In this document: piece after piece, positions 12,306 through 32,530 of the stretch | Position numbering within the stretch: the stretch's first letter is position 1 | How the letters are laid out: the number at the start of each line of letters is the position of its first letter | Assembly (NCBI RefSeq): GCF_009914755.1 | Contig: NC_060930.1 | Strand: one strand, 5' to 3' | Source of the DNA: the human T2T-CHM13v2.0 reference genome, Homo sapiens | DNA length: 64,000 nt | Translations under genes and position numbers: made by a program | Notes under the pieces: generated by a model | What the model was told of the DNA's origin: nothing | What the model saw: the letters and a program-made list of their open reading frames with translations, nothing else | The model's database searches: none

Positions 12306-15004
12306 GAAAAAAAAGCTCTATAAAAGTGAAAGGTGGGAGAAAAGGAGAAAGTATGCATACTGTCATTCTTATTACAAGGTAGAAGCCATGTATTTTACAC
12401 CAGTGATTTAGTGAAAGAATTTGGGTGGAAAGTGATAGCCTGTACTTCTAAACAATGAAATAAGACAGAGATAAAGATAAAGTCTTATTTTATAATGCAG
12501 AATTGGGCTCTCTCAACTATTTGGAATCTTTAGAAATGCTTACTTTAAGCTCAAAATTCATGCTCTGAGCAGGCTTTTGCACATACTTCCCTGAGATTAC
12601 AGCACTGTTACAACATGGAACTGAAAATCTTAGCATGGTCCTCAAAATGTAATGCATTTATTCTGAAACAGGATTTCTTTACCTACTAATTTTTTTCTTT
12701 GTTTCACATTAAAATCAGCGGCAAATTAAATGCAAATGTGTAGAGAAATGAAACACTTGCACTACAAATTTACACACACCAAACCAGAAAAAAAAAGAAG
12801 GTTATAGTCCTCTTGCCAATTGTAAATCCCCAGACTTCTAAATACATACACTCAGTGTATTAAAGAACAACTTAACCTTGTTTGGAGGACTTTGACTTTT
12901 GCAATTCTCAACATATGTTTGTTCTTCAAACTAGAAATTGCATTTCCATTGGGCTGAATATTAATATATTAGTTTCTTCTAGTGCTTAAGCTACTTGGAA
13001 ATAAGTCTGTTGCTTTTAAAAATTACCAAGGGTCTTTAAGATAATTAGAATCCCATACAGAAAAGTATGCCAAATGCTAATTAAAATACCAGGTTGTTTT
13101 TAAAGACAAAACATAAAGAAGCACTCACACATTCAAAGTCACACAGGGGCAAATTCAGCCATCAAATGCCAATGGCTTTTGCCATCACTCATGGACACCT
13201 CTCCCAGCAGGCAGTCTTTCCAGCTAGGTTATTGCAAAGTGTGCCATTTGTTTGACATTAATGCATCACCAAAAGTCACCACATCAACCGAGCCTCACAT
13301 TGTCATTTCGCAAATGCTGGATGTATTAGGTTAAGTGGGGAAATGGTACACTTATACTTTTTAACATTTCTTTGTAATTGTTTCACCTAATGTAGCCCTC
13401 AGTCACCCCCGTCCTTACTGATCTTCCCAGACCAGAAACAGATGTGCAATGTCATTGTATGCTGGCCATTTAATGATTAAAAACAAAAGAACTGAATAAG
13501 GCAGGACAGGGTTGAATGTCACTCATGCAGATATTGAATTTCCTTCTGTATTCAGAGGAACTGTGTGTAAAACCCACAGAGGGAAAGTAGAATTAGAATC
13601 AAAACTGCCTTTTGCCTAGATTACTTACATAGCAGAACGCAAAAGATGCCCTTAGTTCTCCCAATACCTCAAGCTATGTATTGTCCATTTGTTAGGAGGA
13701 CTACAATCCAAGAACCAATTATTTACTTACAAGGAAATGAGCAAGATTCCATACCCCAAAGAGGACTAAATGTAGTTTACTGAACAGCCTGAATATTACA
13801 GAGTGTCTTAATCAGTAGTTAAACCCTCATTCTAAAAGATTCAGTTACCTCAGAGAGGAGGCCACCCCGAGAAATGTCCTGTGGAAGCCAAAGCCATGGA
13901 GAAGTTAGAGTGTGCTGGGTTAGGGGCAGGTGATCCAGATGTGCACATCTGCTGCAACCCACTCCCTCCCCCAGGCTATGGCTGGGCTGCAGTCTGTCAC
14001 CAGGGACAGCCAGCACAATGGGGAGGCAAAAGAACAAGGTAAAATGACATTTGGAGGGTTTTCTGAATTATGAGGATATTCTTTGAAATTCCAGGCATTG
14101 TGAAGGGTCTTCAAAGGGATTCTCAACTCCAGGATTTAGTGCTCTGGGCAGTCACCCAGGTACCACAAAATCCCTATGGGTGTGCATCTCCTTTGTTACC
14201 CATGTGTATACTCCCTCCCTGACGTCAAAGCCATGTTTGCTCAGCTTGATGAAAATGTGTTTCTTGAAAGCCACATTCTTTTCCTTTTCTGAGCCAGTGA
14301 GGTTTCTGCAGAGCTCATGGTGCTGATGTTTCCCCCTCCATAGAAGGGACGGAAAGGACAGTTGTCTCTGTGTCGAGCATATGTTAACCAGACAGGGCTT
14401 GTTTGCCTAAGAAACCTTATGTTTATTTTTTGTTTCTGTTTGGCATCTAACCAGCATTGTAGTAAAATGTCTGTCTCTTAGCTTTGTGAATGGGAGGCTT
14501 GTGGGATACGTGCCTGTTTTTTATGCATTGGTTCCGTGGTAGAGAATTGTTCTGAGAAATGGTCCTAGTCATAGCTTAGCCTAGCATGTGGCATACCTCT
14601 CTCCACCTTGAAGAATAATAAATGTAGGGCTGGGGGATGATAGTGACTCAATGCTATTCTGCAGGGATGGTGATCTTCATGGGTTCTTCCAAGGTCTAAA
14701 CAAATCTTCTGGGCTCTTGCCAAAGTTTTTATTGAATTGTAGTACAAGGAGCTGGAAAAAAAGCAAAAGTCATCTTGATTGTCCAGTAGAACTTATTTTA
14801 GCTATTTGGAGACTTAGTCATTTACAGCAACATTAAGTGGGATGCCAAAAGTCTTCATCGTTAATTTAGTAGGTATTAGTTTCACTGTAGAGCCTAGAGA
14901 GATGTGCCTGAGGCCATCAGCCTGACCTGTTCTGTGTAACCTATTGTAAGACTGAGAAAGGACCTGATATTTGTCACATGTCTATGATGTGAGAGGCTTT
15001 CAAC

Positions 15005-15145
15005 ATTCATCATCTCACTCTAACCCTATGAGGTGGTTATTTCCATTTCATACCCAGGAAATAGAGGAAGACAGAATTTAACTCAACCAAATTCACATAA
15101 CTGATAAATGGTGGAGTCAAATCTAATCCCATGCTGCAATGACTC
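15005..15145 (-). mobile_element. MIR fragment
   Basis: aaccctatgaggt..ttatttccattt..aggaaatagagg..cacataactgataaatggtggagtc. Confidence 0.6.
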
Positions 15146-17361
15146 CAAAAATAATTTCAACATCAGAATCTTGAGGAAAAAGTCTCTGACACTATGTACT
15201 TCACAGAAAGATCTCATGACTTTATAAGATCTGCTGGTGTTACCGTGGTCCCAGATGTCACTGGTGGTGTTGCCATGGTCATAGATGTCACTGGAAGCTT
15301 CTGATGATCTACCCTGTAACTGACTACTCCACCTTAGTGCCCTGACCACTTTGTTCCCACGCCTCACCTCCCTTACTTCTCAATATTTATTTTCCCATTA
15401 CAAAAGGGCCTACCTACTCTACAACAAATGCTCTGTGAGTTCCTTGATTGCAAAGGTAAATGAGAAGTCCCTCCCAGAGAGGATTTTGTATTCTAGGGAC
15501 ATTTTCCCCTCACCTCTAAGGACTGAGGTGATTTAAAATGCATTTATTCTCAGAATTGAGAATTTAAAGAATCTCTCTGCACTCATTAACAAAGGCTCAC
15601 TCCTTTCTACTGTTCTTGGAAGAGTTTTCAACCTGGAGTCTCTGAAATGATAGGGGTATCTATAAGTTATTCAGTCATTTAACTTTGGTCACTGAGAGTT
15701 ATTTAAAATATTTAATTACATTCAATGGAAATCATGCCTTTATTTGAGATATTTTACAGGCAAATTAAAACATCGATGTCCTTTGTGGATTTATTAGAAC
15801 TATAGCAAAATATACCTTTGATTCATTAAAATGGGAAAAATAATTGTTAGATAAAAATACAGTGTGAAAAAAAATATTTCCATAGCAGCAATGGCAATGT
15901 TGTGAGGTTGGGGAGGGGAGGTACTAATAAAATAACTCCATGGTGGCAAAAAATTGGATGCCACTGATACTTAATGTTTCAATTCAGCACTTGTAGGAAG
16001 GGAGTTTAGGGATTATACACTATACTTTGGAAATAGGAAATGAAAGTGATTAACCCAAGATTGCCCCAAATAGTTGCCCGCCTAATGAATAGACTCCAGA
16101 TCTTCTGATGTCAAGCCCATGATACCTCCTAGAGTACTCTAGTTCAATGAATTTGTGTGCAATGGCTATTTCCTAGAAAATGGTTCAAAGTTCAGACAAT
16201 ATGGTTAAATTTAAACACTTCTACAATTAGATGAACATAATTACACGCTATTTTTTAAAAGATAAATAGTAAAATGCCAAGAGAAACAACATTCACCCAA
16301 ATCAATTGTGTATTTTCAGGAAAATATTTGTGCCTAGACCACCTACACAACTGTGCAAGCCTCTACCTGGTTGGCCACAAAACATAGATACAGTAGATAG
16401 ATAAGAACTCAGCCTCAAAAAGATTTCTCAATGAATAGTTAAGAAGTAACAAGATCTGATGTTTAATGAAAATTGCAACCTACAAATAATTTATAACTGT
16501 AAACATAGTTTATTTAGTGTCTCACTTCCATTCCTGTCCATTGTTTCCCATATTGAAATGAAGGATCTTACAGGACCTCTGTTACTTAGGATTTTCACCA
16601 TATTTCTTGATGAAGGAATAGCGCCAAGACACCACAAAGATAATTAGGTCCATGGGCCAAAATGGCAATTATAGCTAAACGAAACAAAAATGAAGGGTGA
16701 ATATTTTATTCAGTTCAGCTGTTAAGTCTTAATGCGAAGAAAGAGCTTTCTACAAATCTGTAATGGACACCAATTTCTAATCTCTTCCATTATTAGCTTT
16801 AGAAAGTCTTATCATGGCATATTTTGGCAGCCAACCAAGCTTGGGATGTTCAGCTTAATAGATTTAAACTGAAATTTTAGGGTTTCCCTTCTTCTGCTAT
16901 TCAAAGCATACAATTAAACCTCTTGGTGAACTGCTGATAACATTTCTCTAAGCCAAATTTGCCTTTGGATACAAAAGGAACATTCCTGGAGAATGACATA
17001 ACATTGCCACTGGGCCAAAAGGAAAACATGTTGTGGAAGATTTTTTTTTTAATAACAAAATATATTGTTTCAGGATTATATACAGCAATGTGCTGTATCA
17101 CTAACAAAATATTAGGACTTTGGGAACTGAAATAACATCCTGCATGTCCATAGTGTGTACGTAGTTAATAGTCATGTCTCTGGGAGACCAGTTTTTTTGA
17201 CATCAGCATACACAAACTTACTATCATTATAGATGGTGGAGTGAGAAATCAAACTCTAATTAAAAGATTACGTGCTAATATGTGCTTATAAAATTCCTTT
17301 GTGATTGCTATAGAGAAATGAAAACACTGCCCCAATAAAAATGGAAACACATAAAAAAATA

Positions 17362-18600
17362 CATTCATTCAACAAATATTTATTGATTATCTAAACTACA
17401 CCTGGCACAATAACTATGTAAGGAACTAGGGATATAGTAACCTTATTGAGCTTACAGTCTTCTGGGATACAAAGTTATTAATCAAAAACTCATACAAATA
17501 ATGTCAAATTTCACCTGTGATAAGAGCTGTGAAGAGAATATACGACTAGTGTAGCTTAGCATGCTTTAGCTGTGTGAGCTTGGATAAGCTGCCTAGTTTT
17601 TCTGAGCTTTCTTTCTTTATTTTTAAATGTGATTAATGATGGTCCCATCAGAGGGTTGTTGTGGGGGACTGTATGAGATAATCAATGTAAGTCCCTGTCC
17701 TAGAGTATATTCTCAATAAGTGTTACCTGTTATTATTGCCATTTTTATTGTTATTTTCATTATTATTAGCAAAGGAGGTCAGAAAAGCCTTCCCTGAAGA
17801 AGTGAGCACTAGGCTGGATCTAAGATAAGCTGAAATTACCATAGTGAGAAAGAAAGGGAAAATATTTCTAGATGAGGACACAGCAGGTGTGTATACCCTG
17901 TGGAGGGTAGAACCATAGCAAGGAGGATGAATCCAGAGAAGGCTGACATACGAAGGCTGAGACAACACAATGCGAGGCTGCACAGGCAGACAGCATTTGA
18001 TGCCTTTGTGGATGTAAATATTTAGCTCATCTCTATTATTTATTGTGGATGTATAAACACACACACAAAATACAATTTCCATTTATTGTAGAGAATCTAA
18101 TTTTACAACGCTATGCAAAGCAAATGTAGCACAATTCTACTCCCGTAATTTCAGAATGGATCATTTATTCATTCATTTATTCACCATCCATTCAGTCTTC
18201 TGTGGGCTAAGCATGCAGTTAGAAGCCAAAGTTACAAAGGTGAATCAAGTACCATCCCTGCCATCATGAGGGATTAAAAAAAAATAGACAAATAAAATAA
18301 CTCAGAATTACTGAAAAGAGAGATAGACCAATATCTATGAAGGACAGAGGAAAGATTCATTAACTCTGTGGGGAACTGGGTAAAGCATTAAGAAAGAGAC
18401 TTTTGAGTCATGAAGAATGAATAGAAAGGAAAAGAAAAAAAGGGAAGGAAGAACATGTCATAAGAGTAAAGAGCATGGAGAAGGAGATGTGAAGTGCCCA
18501 GCAATGTGGGGTGATCAGTCAAGGTGATCAGGGAAGGACTGGCAGAAGACAAGGTGGGAATGGCTGGAGAAATGCAGAGGATGAGGGCTTCATGGCATTT
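17362..18600 (-). mobile_element. L2 3' fragments with a nested MIR (+, ~17560-17735)
   Basis: cattcattcaacaaatatttattga L2 tail motif; MIR core gagggttgttgtg..atgagataat..ctcaataagtgtta. Confidence 0.6.
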
Positions 18601-18696
18601 CATTTGTTAGCAATCTGGAGTCAAAAGAGCAAAGCAAGGGCTTCACCACTGGGAGCAAACTGAGACCTTTCCATTTTCTGATTGCACTGGTAACGA

Positions 18697-23260
<4,564 letters not shown>

Positions 23261-26200
23261 TGCAACCTGTAGTGTCTTGCTCTGAATAGATTGAATAGAA
23301 TAGATTGTAAACCCAAATGTGCATGAATTATCATTATTGTCTTTAAGAGATTAGTGCTTTAGACGCAATAAAAAGGAAGTCCATACCAAAAGAAGGAAGA
23401 GAGTAAGAGATACAGAGAGAAAGGGGGGGAAAAAAAGAAAAACTTGAGCACACTCAATTGTAGCCATTTCTTTAAAGCTGGGAAGATGAATTGATTAAAT
23501 TATACAAAATCTGAATGCTTGAGAATCTCCTAATTTAAGCTAAGAGCAGAAGGTTAACTCTGTTTTGAGGAATGAACGTCACTAGCTCGTAAAAGTGCAG
23601 ATACCAAGGCATAAAAGTGGGCAGAGCATTCTTCTATTTCCTGTTAAATCTATTCTTCTGCCTCACAGCCCTTCTTGATTATGGAGCCTTCCCTAGACCC
23701 AATAATCAAAGTGACTTTTCACCTTGTTCTCTGTGTTTCTGCCTCATTCTCCTCCTACTGCATCAAAAATACACTCTCAGGAACTAAAGGATGGCTTATC
23801 CCTTTTATTTAACATTCAATAGCACTATCAGTGAACCCCAGAAATATTTCCCAAGGGAGAAGCAGAAAACATTTGTCTTACAAGTAATGTTTTCATGGTT
23901 ATAATGAAGAATCAAAATGTTTACTAAAGTGAAAGAATTATTAGCCGAATCAGTTCAGTCTTTCTTATTAGAAGAAGTTAGGGTTGTAATTGGAAGTGAA
24001 ATTATTCTACTGATCCCTATGTCAGTTCCAGCTTGTTGACTTTAATGAGGAAGTATAACACTTGGAAATGTGAAAACACAGTGGGTAATATTTATATGAA
24101 ATCTTCAAAAACCATGGTATTTTGCTCATGTGGAATACTATGGCATTTTGCCTAGATCAGGGAACCAGCAGATTAGCACATTAACACCTTTAGGAAGCAT
24201 GCATATAATTTGCTTTGAATGTGGTCTTTGACTTCTGGGAGAAATACCAAATGATTTCAAACTGACCAACTACTTTATAAAGCATTTCTTTAAAAAATGC
24301 TGGTTGCCAAGAAGCTCCTAGCATCTTTATCATAAAACAAGTCTAAACTCCACTTTTGAACAGAAAAAGTCCTATTTAAAACTCAAGGCAGGGGCACCTG
24401 CCATCTTGGAGATTAGGTTGGCTTGGTGGTTCTAGCCTGCCAGGGAGTCCAGACAGTCTAGACTAGGAGGAGTTTCCCACAGTGCAGCACAGCTTCTGTG
24501 CCAGATTGTGGTCAGACTGCTTCTTTGAGTGGTACCCCAATCCCCAAAGGCCAGGTCACCTAGAAAGGGAAGCCCATCAGACTAACAGTGGACCTTCATC
24601 CCTCCTCACTGGATGGGGCCTCCCTGTGGGAATTTCAGCAACTCTAGCCAGTGTTATATGGAAAGAACTCGAATATTTCCCTGGGACAAAGCGCCTGGGG
24701 GTTGGGGGTGGGGTGGCCACAGTTTCTATGGTTCAGTCAACTCAGCCATTCTAACCTGCTAGCTCGGAGAGTCCAGGCAGTCTGGATGAGGAAGTCTTTC
24801 CCTCAATGCAGCACATCTACTCTACCAAAAAGCAACCAGACTGCTTCTTTAAGTGAGTCTTCAATCTCATTCCTCCTGACAGGGTGAGACCTCCCAAGAT
24901 GATTCTCCAGACACCTCCTATAGGAGCATCCAGGCTGGCAACAGGTGAGAATCCCCCTGGGATGAAACTCCCAGAGGAAGGAGCAGATTGCCACCTTTGC
25001 TGTTTTGCAGTCTTCACTGGTGATTCCTCCAGGTAAGGGAAAAACCCGAGGCAACTAGGGTCTGGAGTGGTCCCCCAGCAAACCAGTGCAGCCCTACAGA
25101 AGAGTGGGTGACTATTAAAAGAAAAAACAAAGAGAAAGCAACAACAACAACATCAACAGAAAAGACCCCACAAAAACCCCATTCAAAGGTCAGCAACCAC
25201 AAAGATTGAAGTAGATAAGCCCACAAAGATTAGAAAGAATCAATGCAAAAATGCTGAAAACTCAAAAAGCTAGTGAGTACCTCTTTTCCAAATGACCACA
25301 GCACTTCTCCAGCAAGGGCACAGAACTGAGCTGAGGCTGAGATGGCTGAATTGACAGAAGTAGGCTTCAGAAGGTGGGTAATAACAAACTTCACTGAGCT
25401 AAAAGAGCATGTTGTAACCAAATACAAACAAGCTAAGAAGCATAATAAAACAATACAGGAGCTGATAACAAGAATAGCCATTTATAGGGGAATATAACCA
25501 ACCTGATGGAGCTGAAAAACACAAGAAATTCACAATACAATTACAAGTATCAATAGCAGAATAGACCAAGCAAAATAAAATCTCAGAGCTTGAAGACTAT
25601 CTTTCTGAAATAAGACATGCAGACAAGAATAGAGAAAAAAGAATGAAGAGGAACAGACAAAATCTCTGAGAAATATGGGACTGTAAAAAGACTGAACCTC
25701 CAACTGACTGTGGTACCTGAAAGAGACAGGGAGAATGGAACCCAGTTGGAAAACATACTTCAGAATATCATCCAGGAGAACTTCCCCAACCTAGCAAGAC
25801 AGAGCAACATTTACATTCAGGAGATCCAGAGAACCCCAGTAAGATACTCCATGAGAAGATCAACCCCAAGACACATAATCATTAGATTCTCCAAGGTCAA
25901 AATGAAAGAAAAGATGTTAAGAGCAGCCAGAGAGAAAGGCCAGGTCATCTACAAAGGGAAACACATCAGACTAACAGTGGACCTCTCAGTGGAAACCCTG
26001 TAAGCCAGAAGAGATTGGGGGCCAATATTCCAACATTTCTAAAGAAAAGAATTTCCAACCCAGAATTTCATATCCAGCCAAACTAAGCTTCATAAGTGAA
26101 GGAGAAATAAGATCCTTTTCAGACAAGCAAATGCTGAAGGAATGCATCACCACCAGGCTTGCCTTGCAATACCTCTTGAAGGAAGCACTAACTATGGAAA

Positions 26201-26636
26201 AACGAATCATTACCAGTCACTCCAAAACCACAATGAAGTACACAGACCAGTGATATTATGAAGCAACCACATAAACAAGTCTGCAAAATAACCAGCTAGC
26301 ATTATGATGACAGTATCAAATTCACATATAACAATATTAACCTTAAATGCAAATGGGCTAGATGCCCCAATTAAAAGACAGAATGGCAAGCTGAATAGAG
26401 TCAAGAGCCATCAGTATGCTGTCTTCAAAAGTCTCATGTCATGGGCAAAGAAACACATAGGCTCAAAATAAAAGGGTAGAAGAAAACTTACCCACCAAAT
26501 GGAAAACATAAAAAAGCAGGGGTTGCAATCTTAGTTTCTGAAAAAACAGACTTTAAACCAACACAGATTAAAAAAAGACAAAGAACAGCATTACATGATG
26601 GTAAAGAGTTCAATTCAACAAGAAGAGCTAACTATT

Positions 26637-26639
26637 CTC

Positions 26640-26673
<34 letters not shown>

Positions 26674-26730
26674 CCTCTCTCTCTCTCTCTCTATATATAT
26701 ACACCCAATATATATATACACACCCAATAT
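26637..26730. repeat. (CT)n/(AT)n microsatellite inside L1 ORF2
   Basis: About 55 bp of CT repeat followed by a duplicated TATATATACACCCAATA. Confidence 0.9.
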
Positions 26731-27529
26731 AGGAGTACCCAGTTTCATAAAGTGAGTTCTTAGGAACCTAAAGAGAGACTTAGACTTCCACACAATAATA
26801 GTGGGAGATTATAACACCCCACTGACAATATTAAACAGATCATCGAGACAGAAGATTAACACAGATATTCAGGGCCTAAACTCACCTCTGGATCAAGTGG
26901 ACCTGATAGATACCTACAGAACTCTATGTCCCAAAACAAAAGAATATGCATTTTTTTCTCATCATTATATGGCATTTACTCTAAAACTGATCACATAATT
27001 GAAAGTAAAACACTCCTCAGCAAATACAAAATAACTGAAATTATGACAGTCTCTCAGACTACAGCACAATCAAATTAGAACTCAAGACTGAGAAATTCAT
27101 TCAAAACCACACAACTACATGGAAATTGAACAACCTGTTCCTGAATGACTCCTAGGTAAATAATGAAATTAAGGCAGAAATCAAGAAGTTCTTCTTTGAC
27201 ACTAATGAGAACAAAGATACAACATACCAGAATCTCTGGGACATGGCTAAAGCAGTGCTAAGAGCGAAATGTATAGCACTAAATGCCCACATCAAAAAGC
27301 TAGAAAGATCTCAAGTTAACAACCTAATATCACAAGTAAAGGAACTAGAGAACCAAAAGCAAATAAACTCCAAAGCCCGCAGAAGACAAGAAATAACCAA
27401 GATCAGAGAAGAACTGAAAGAGATAGAGATACAAAAAGGCTTTTAAAACATCAACAAATCCAAGTACTGTTTTTTGAAAAAAAATAATAAAATAGACCAT
27501 TAGCTAGACTAATAAAGAATGAAAGAGAG

Positions 27530-27833
<304 letters not shown>

Positions 27834-27918
27834 AATGAAAGAGAGAAGAATCAAATAGACACAATCAGAAATGATAAGGGGGATATCACCACTGACCCCA
27901 CAGAAATACAAACAACCA

Positions 27919-28230
<312 letters not shown>

Positions 28231-30908
28231 TCATATAAATGCCTCTATGCACAAAACTAGAAAATCTAGAATAAATGAATAAATTCCTGGAAACATACAC
28301 CCTGCTAAGACTGAACCAGGAAGAAATTGAATCCCTGAATAGACCAATAATGCGTTTTGAAATTAAAGCAGTAATAAATAGCCTACTAACCAAAAACAGA
28401 GCCCAGATGGATTTACATCTGAATTCTACCAGAGGTACAAAGAAGACCTGGTATCATCTCTACTGAAACTATTCCAAGAAATTGAAAAGGAAGGTCTTCT
28501 TCCTAACTTATTCTGAGGCCAACATCATCCTGATACCAAAACCTGGAAGAGATAAAACAAAAAAAGAAAACTTCAGGCCAATATCCCTAATGAACATCAA
28601 TGCAAAGATCCTCAATAAAATACTGGCAAACCAAATCCAGCAGCACATCAAAAAGCTTACCAACCATGACCAAGTTGGCTTCATCCCAGAATGCAAGGTT
28701 GGCTCAACATATACAAATCAATAAATGCAATTCATCACATAAACAGAACTAAAGACAAAAACCACATGATTATCTCAATAGATGCAGAAAAGGCCTTTGA
28801 TAAAATTCAACATTGCTTTATGTTAAAAACTCTCAATAAACTAGGTATTGAAGGAATACACCTCAAAATAATAGGAGCCATATATAACAAACTCATAGTC
28901 AATATCATACTGAATGGGCAAAAGCTGGAAGCATTCCCCTTGAAAACTGGCACAAGACAAGGGTGCCCTCTCTCACCACTCCTATTCAACATGGCATTGG
29001 AAGTTCTGGCCAGGGCAATCAGGCAAGAGAAAGAAATAAAGGGTATTCAAATAGGGAGAGAGGAAGTCAAATTATCTTTGTTTGTAGATGACATGATTCT
29101 ATATCTAGAAAACCCCATTGTCTCAGCCCCAAAGCTTCTTAAGCTGATAAGCAACTTCAGCAAAGTCTCGGGATACAAAATCAATGTGAAAAAATTGTTA
29201 GCATTCCTATACACCAACAACAGGCAAACAGGGAACCAAATCATGAATGAACTCCCATTCATAATTGCTACAAAAAGAATAAAATATCTAGGAATACAGC
29301 TAACAAGAGAAGTGAAGGACCTCTTCAAGGAGAACTACAAACCACTGCTCAAAGAAATCAGAGAGGACACAAACAAATGAAAAAACATTCTATGCTTATG
29401 GATAGCAAGAATCAGTATCACGAAAATATGGCCCAAAGTAATTTATAGATTCAATGTTATATCCTTTAAAATATCACACTGACCAATGGAGCAGAATAGA
29501 GAGCTCAGAATAAGACTGCACATCTTCAACCATCTGATCTTTGACAACCCTAACAAAAACAAACAATGGGGAAGGGATTCCCTATTTAATTAATGGTGCT
29601 GGGAGAACTGACTAGCCATAGGCAGAAAATTGAAACTGGACCCCTTCCTTGCACCTTATATAAAAATTAACCTAAGATGGATTAAAGACTTAAATGTAAA
29701 ACTTCAAACTATAAAAACCCTGGAAGAAAATCAAGGCAATAGCATTCAGGATGTAGTCACAGGCAAAGATTTCATAATGAAAACACCAAAAGCAATTGCA
29801 ATAAAAGCAAAAATTGACAAATGGGATCGAATTAAACTAAAGAGCATCTGAACAGCAAAATAAACTATTATCAGAGGTGAACAGACAACTTACAGGATTG
29901 GGGAAAATTTTGCAATCTATCCATCTGACAAAGGTCTAATATTCAGAGTCTACAAGGAACTTAAACAAATTTATAAGAAAAACAAACAAACAACCCCATT
30001 AAAAAGTGGGCAAAGTACATGAACAGACACTTCTCAAAAGAAGATATACGTGCAGTCAACAAACGTATGAAAAAAAAGCCCAACAACACTGATCATTAGA
30101 AAAATCCAAGTCAAAACCACAATGAGATACTATCTCACACCAGTCAGAATGGCAATTATTAAAAAATCAAAAAATAACAGATGCTGGTGAGGTGTGGAGA
30201 AAAAGGAACACTTTTACACTGTTGGTGGGAGTGTAAATTAGTTCAATCATTGTGGAAGACAGTGTGGTGATTCCTCAAAGATCTAGAGGCAGAAATACCT
30301 CTAGATAGGATTTGACCTATTACATAGGTAACAGGATTTGACCCAGCAATACAATCACTGGGTATTTACCCAAAAGAATAGAAATCATTCTATTATAAAT
30401 ACATATGACACATATATTCATTGCAGCCCTATTCACAATAGCAAAGACATAGAATCAACCCAAATGTCCATTAATAATAGACTGGATAAAGAAAATGTGG
30501 TACATACATACCATGGAATACTATATAGCCATAAAAAATAATGAGATCATGTCCTTGGCAGGAACATGGATGGAGTGGGAAGTGGTTATTCTCAGCAAAC
30601 TAACACAGGAACAGAAAAACAAGCACCACATGTTCTCACTTATAAGTGGGAGCTGAATGATGAGAACACATGGACACATGGAAGGGAACAACACACAGTG
30701 GGGCCTGTTCGGGGAGTAGGGGAGGGAGAGCATCAGAAGAATAGCTAATGGATGCTGGGCTTAATACGTAGGTGATGGGTTAATTTGTGCAGCAAATCAC
30801 CATGGCACACATTTACCTATGTAACAAACCTGCACATCTTGCACATGTACCCTGAAATTTTAAATAAAAGTTGAAGAAAAAAAATTTTAATTCCCTAAAA
30901 CTATAAAT

Positions 30909-31312
30909 ATTAAGAAAATGTGGCACATATACACCATGGAGTACTATGCAGCCATAAAAAATGATGAGTTCGTGTCCTTTGTAGGGACATGGATGAAATT
31001 GGAAATCATCATTCTCAGTAAACTATCGCAAGAACAAAAAACCAAACACCGCATATTCTCACTCATAGGTGGGAATTGAACAATGAGATCACATGGACAC
31101 AGGAAGGGGAATATCACACTCTGGGGACTGTGGTGGGGTGGGGGGAGGGGGGAGGGATAGCATTGGGAGATATACCTAATGCTAGATGACGAGTTAGTGG
31201 GTGCAGCGCACCAGCATGGCACATGTATACATATGTAACTAACCTGCACAATGTGCACATGTACCCTAAAACTTAAAGTATAATAAAAAATAAATAAATA
31301 AATAAATAAAAG
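30909..31312 (+). mobile_element. Young L1 3' fragment, L1PA2-like
   Basis: gctagatgacGAGttagtgggtgcagcgcacc (not the ACA/ACG of L1HS), aaaacttAaagtataat, intact CpGs, (TAAA)n tail. Confidence 0.88.
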
Positions 31313-31494
31313 AAATATTTTACTTAACTATTTATATTTATGAATTACAAATAATATTTATAAATATATAATATTTAATATCGCTATTAAAAATAGCTCT
31401 TACACTGGTCCTCAATTATATATTTAAAAAGTATATCTTATGTTTAAGTCTTATATTCCAAGAATGGTTCTAAATACTATATCCATATCACTTT

Positions 31495-31991
<497 letters not shown>

Positions 31992-32444
31992 CTAATTCCA
32001 CGCATGGATAGGCTGAGAGTTCTAATGCTCAAGAAATACCCTATAAACAATAAATATTATTATTATCATTAACAGCATTAACCGTCCACCTTTCCTCTTC
32101 CCATTTCTTTTATAAGTAGGGTACTACTATATTTACCATTTAATTAGGCTCAAGCCAAACATGTTAATATGTTGCTATATACCAGGAGATTATAATTTTG
32201 CTTTAAAAATACAATGCTTGCACTACTAGAGGTAAAATATTAATCAACCAATGAGAGGCTTAATATCTAAATTGGTATAACAATTCATCGGCAGCTTTGC
32301 TTAAAATGATAAAATAAAAAATTTTGTTTTGTCTTATTTTCTATTTAATCCTGCATCAGTTTCTAGTTCCATATTGACTCAAATGCCAGTATGAAGGTGG
32401 AATGCAAAAAACCCACAATAGATAACCCACTGCATGGCAGGCAA

Positions 32445-32530
32445 GAGGAGAGGAAGAAGAAAGAAGAAGTAAGAAGAAAGAAGAAAAAGAGGAAAGAAGG
32501 AGAAGGAGGGGGAGGGGGAGGAAGAAAAGA
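32445..32530. repeat. GA-rich low-complexity tract
   Basis: Nearly purine-only run of AAG/GGA units. Confidence 0.85.
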
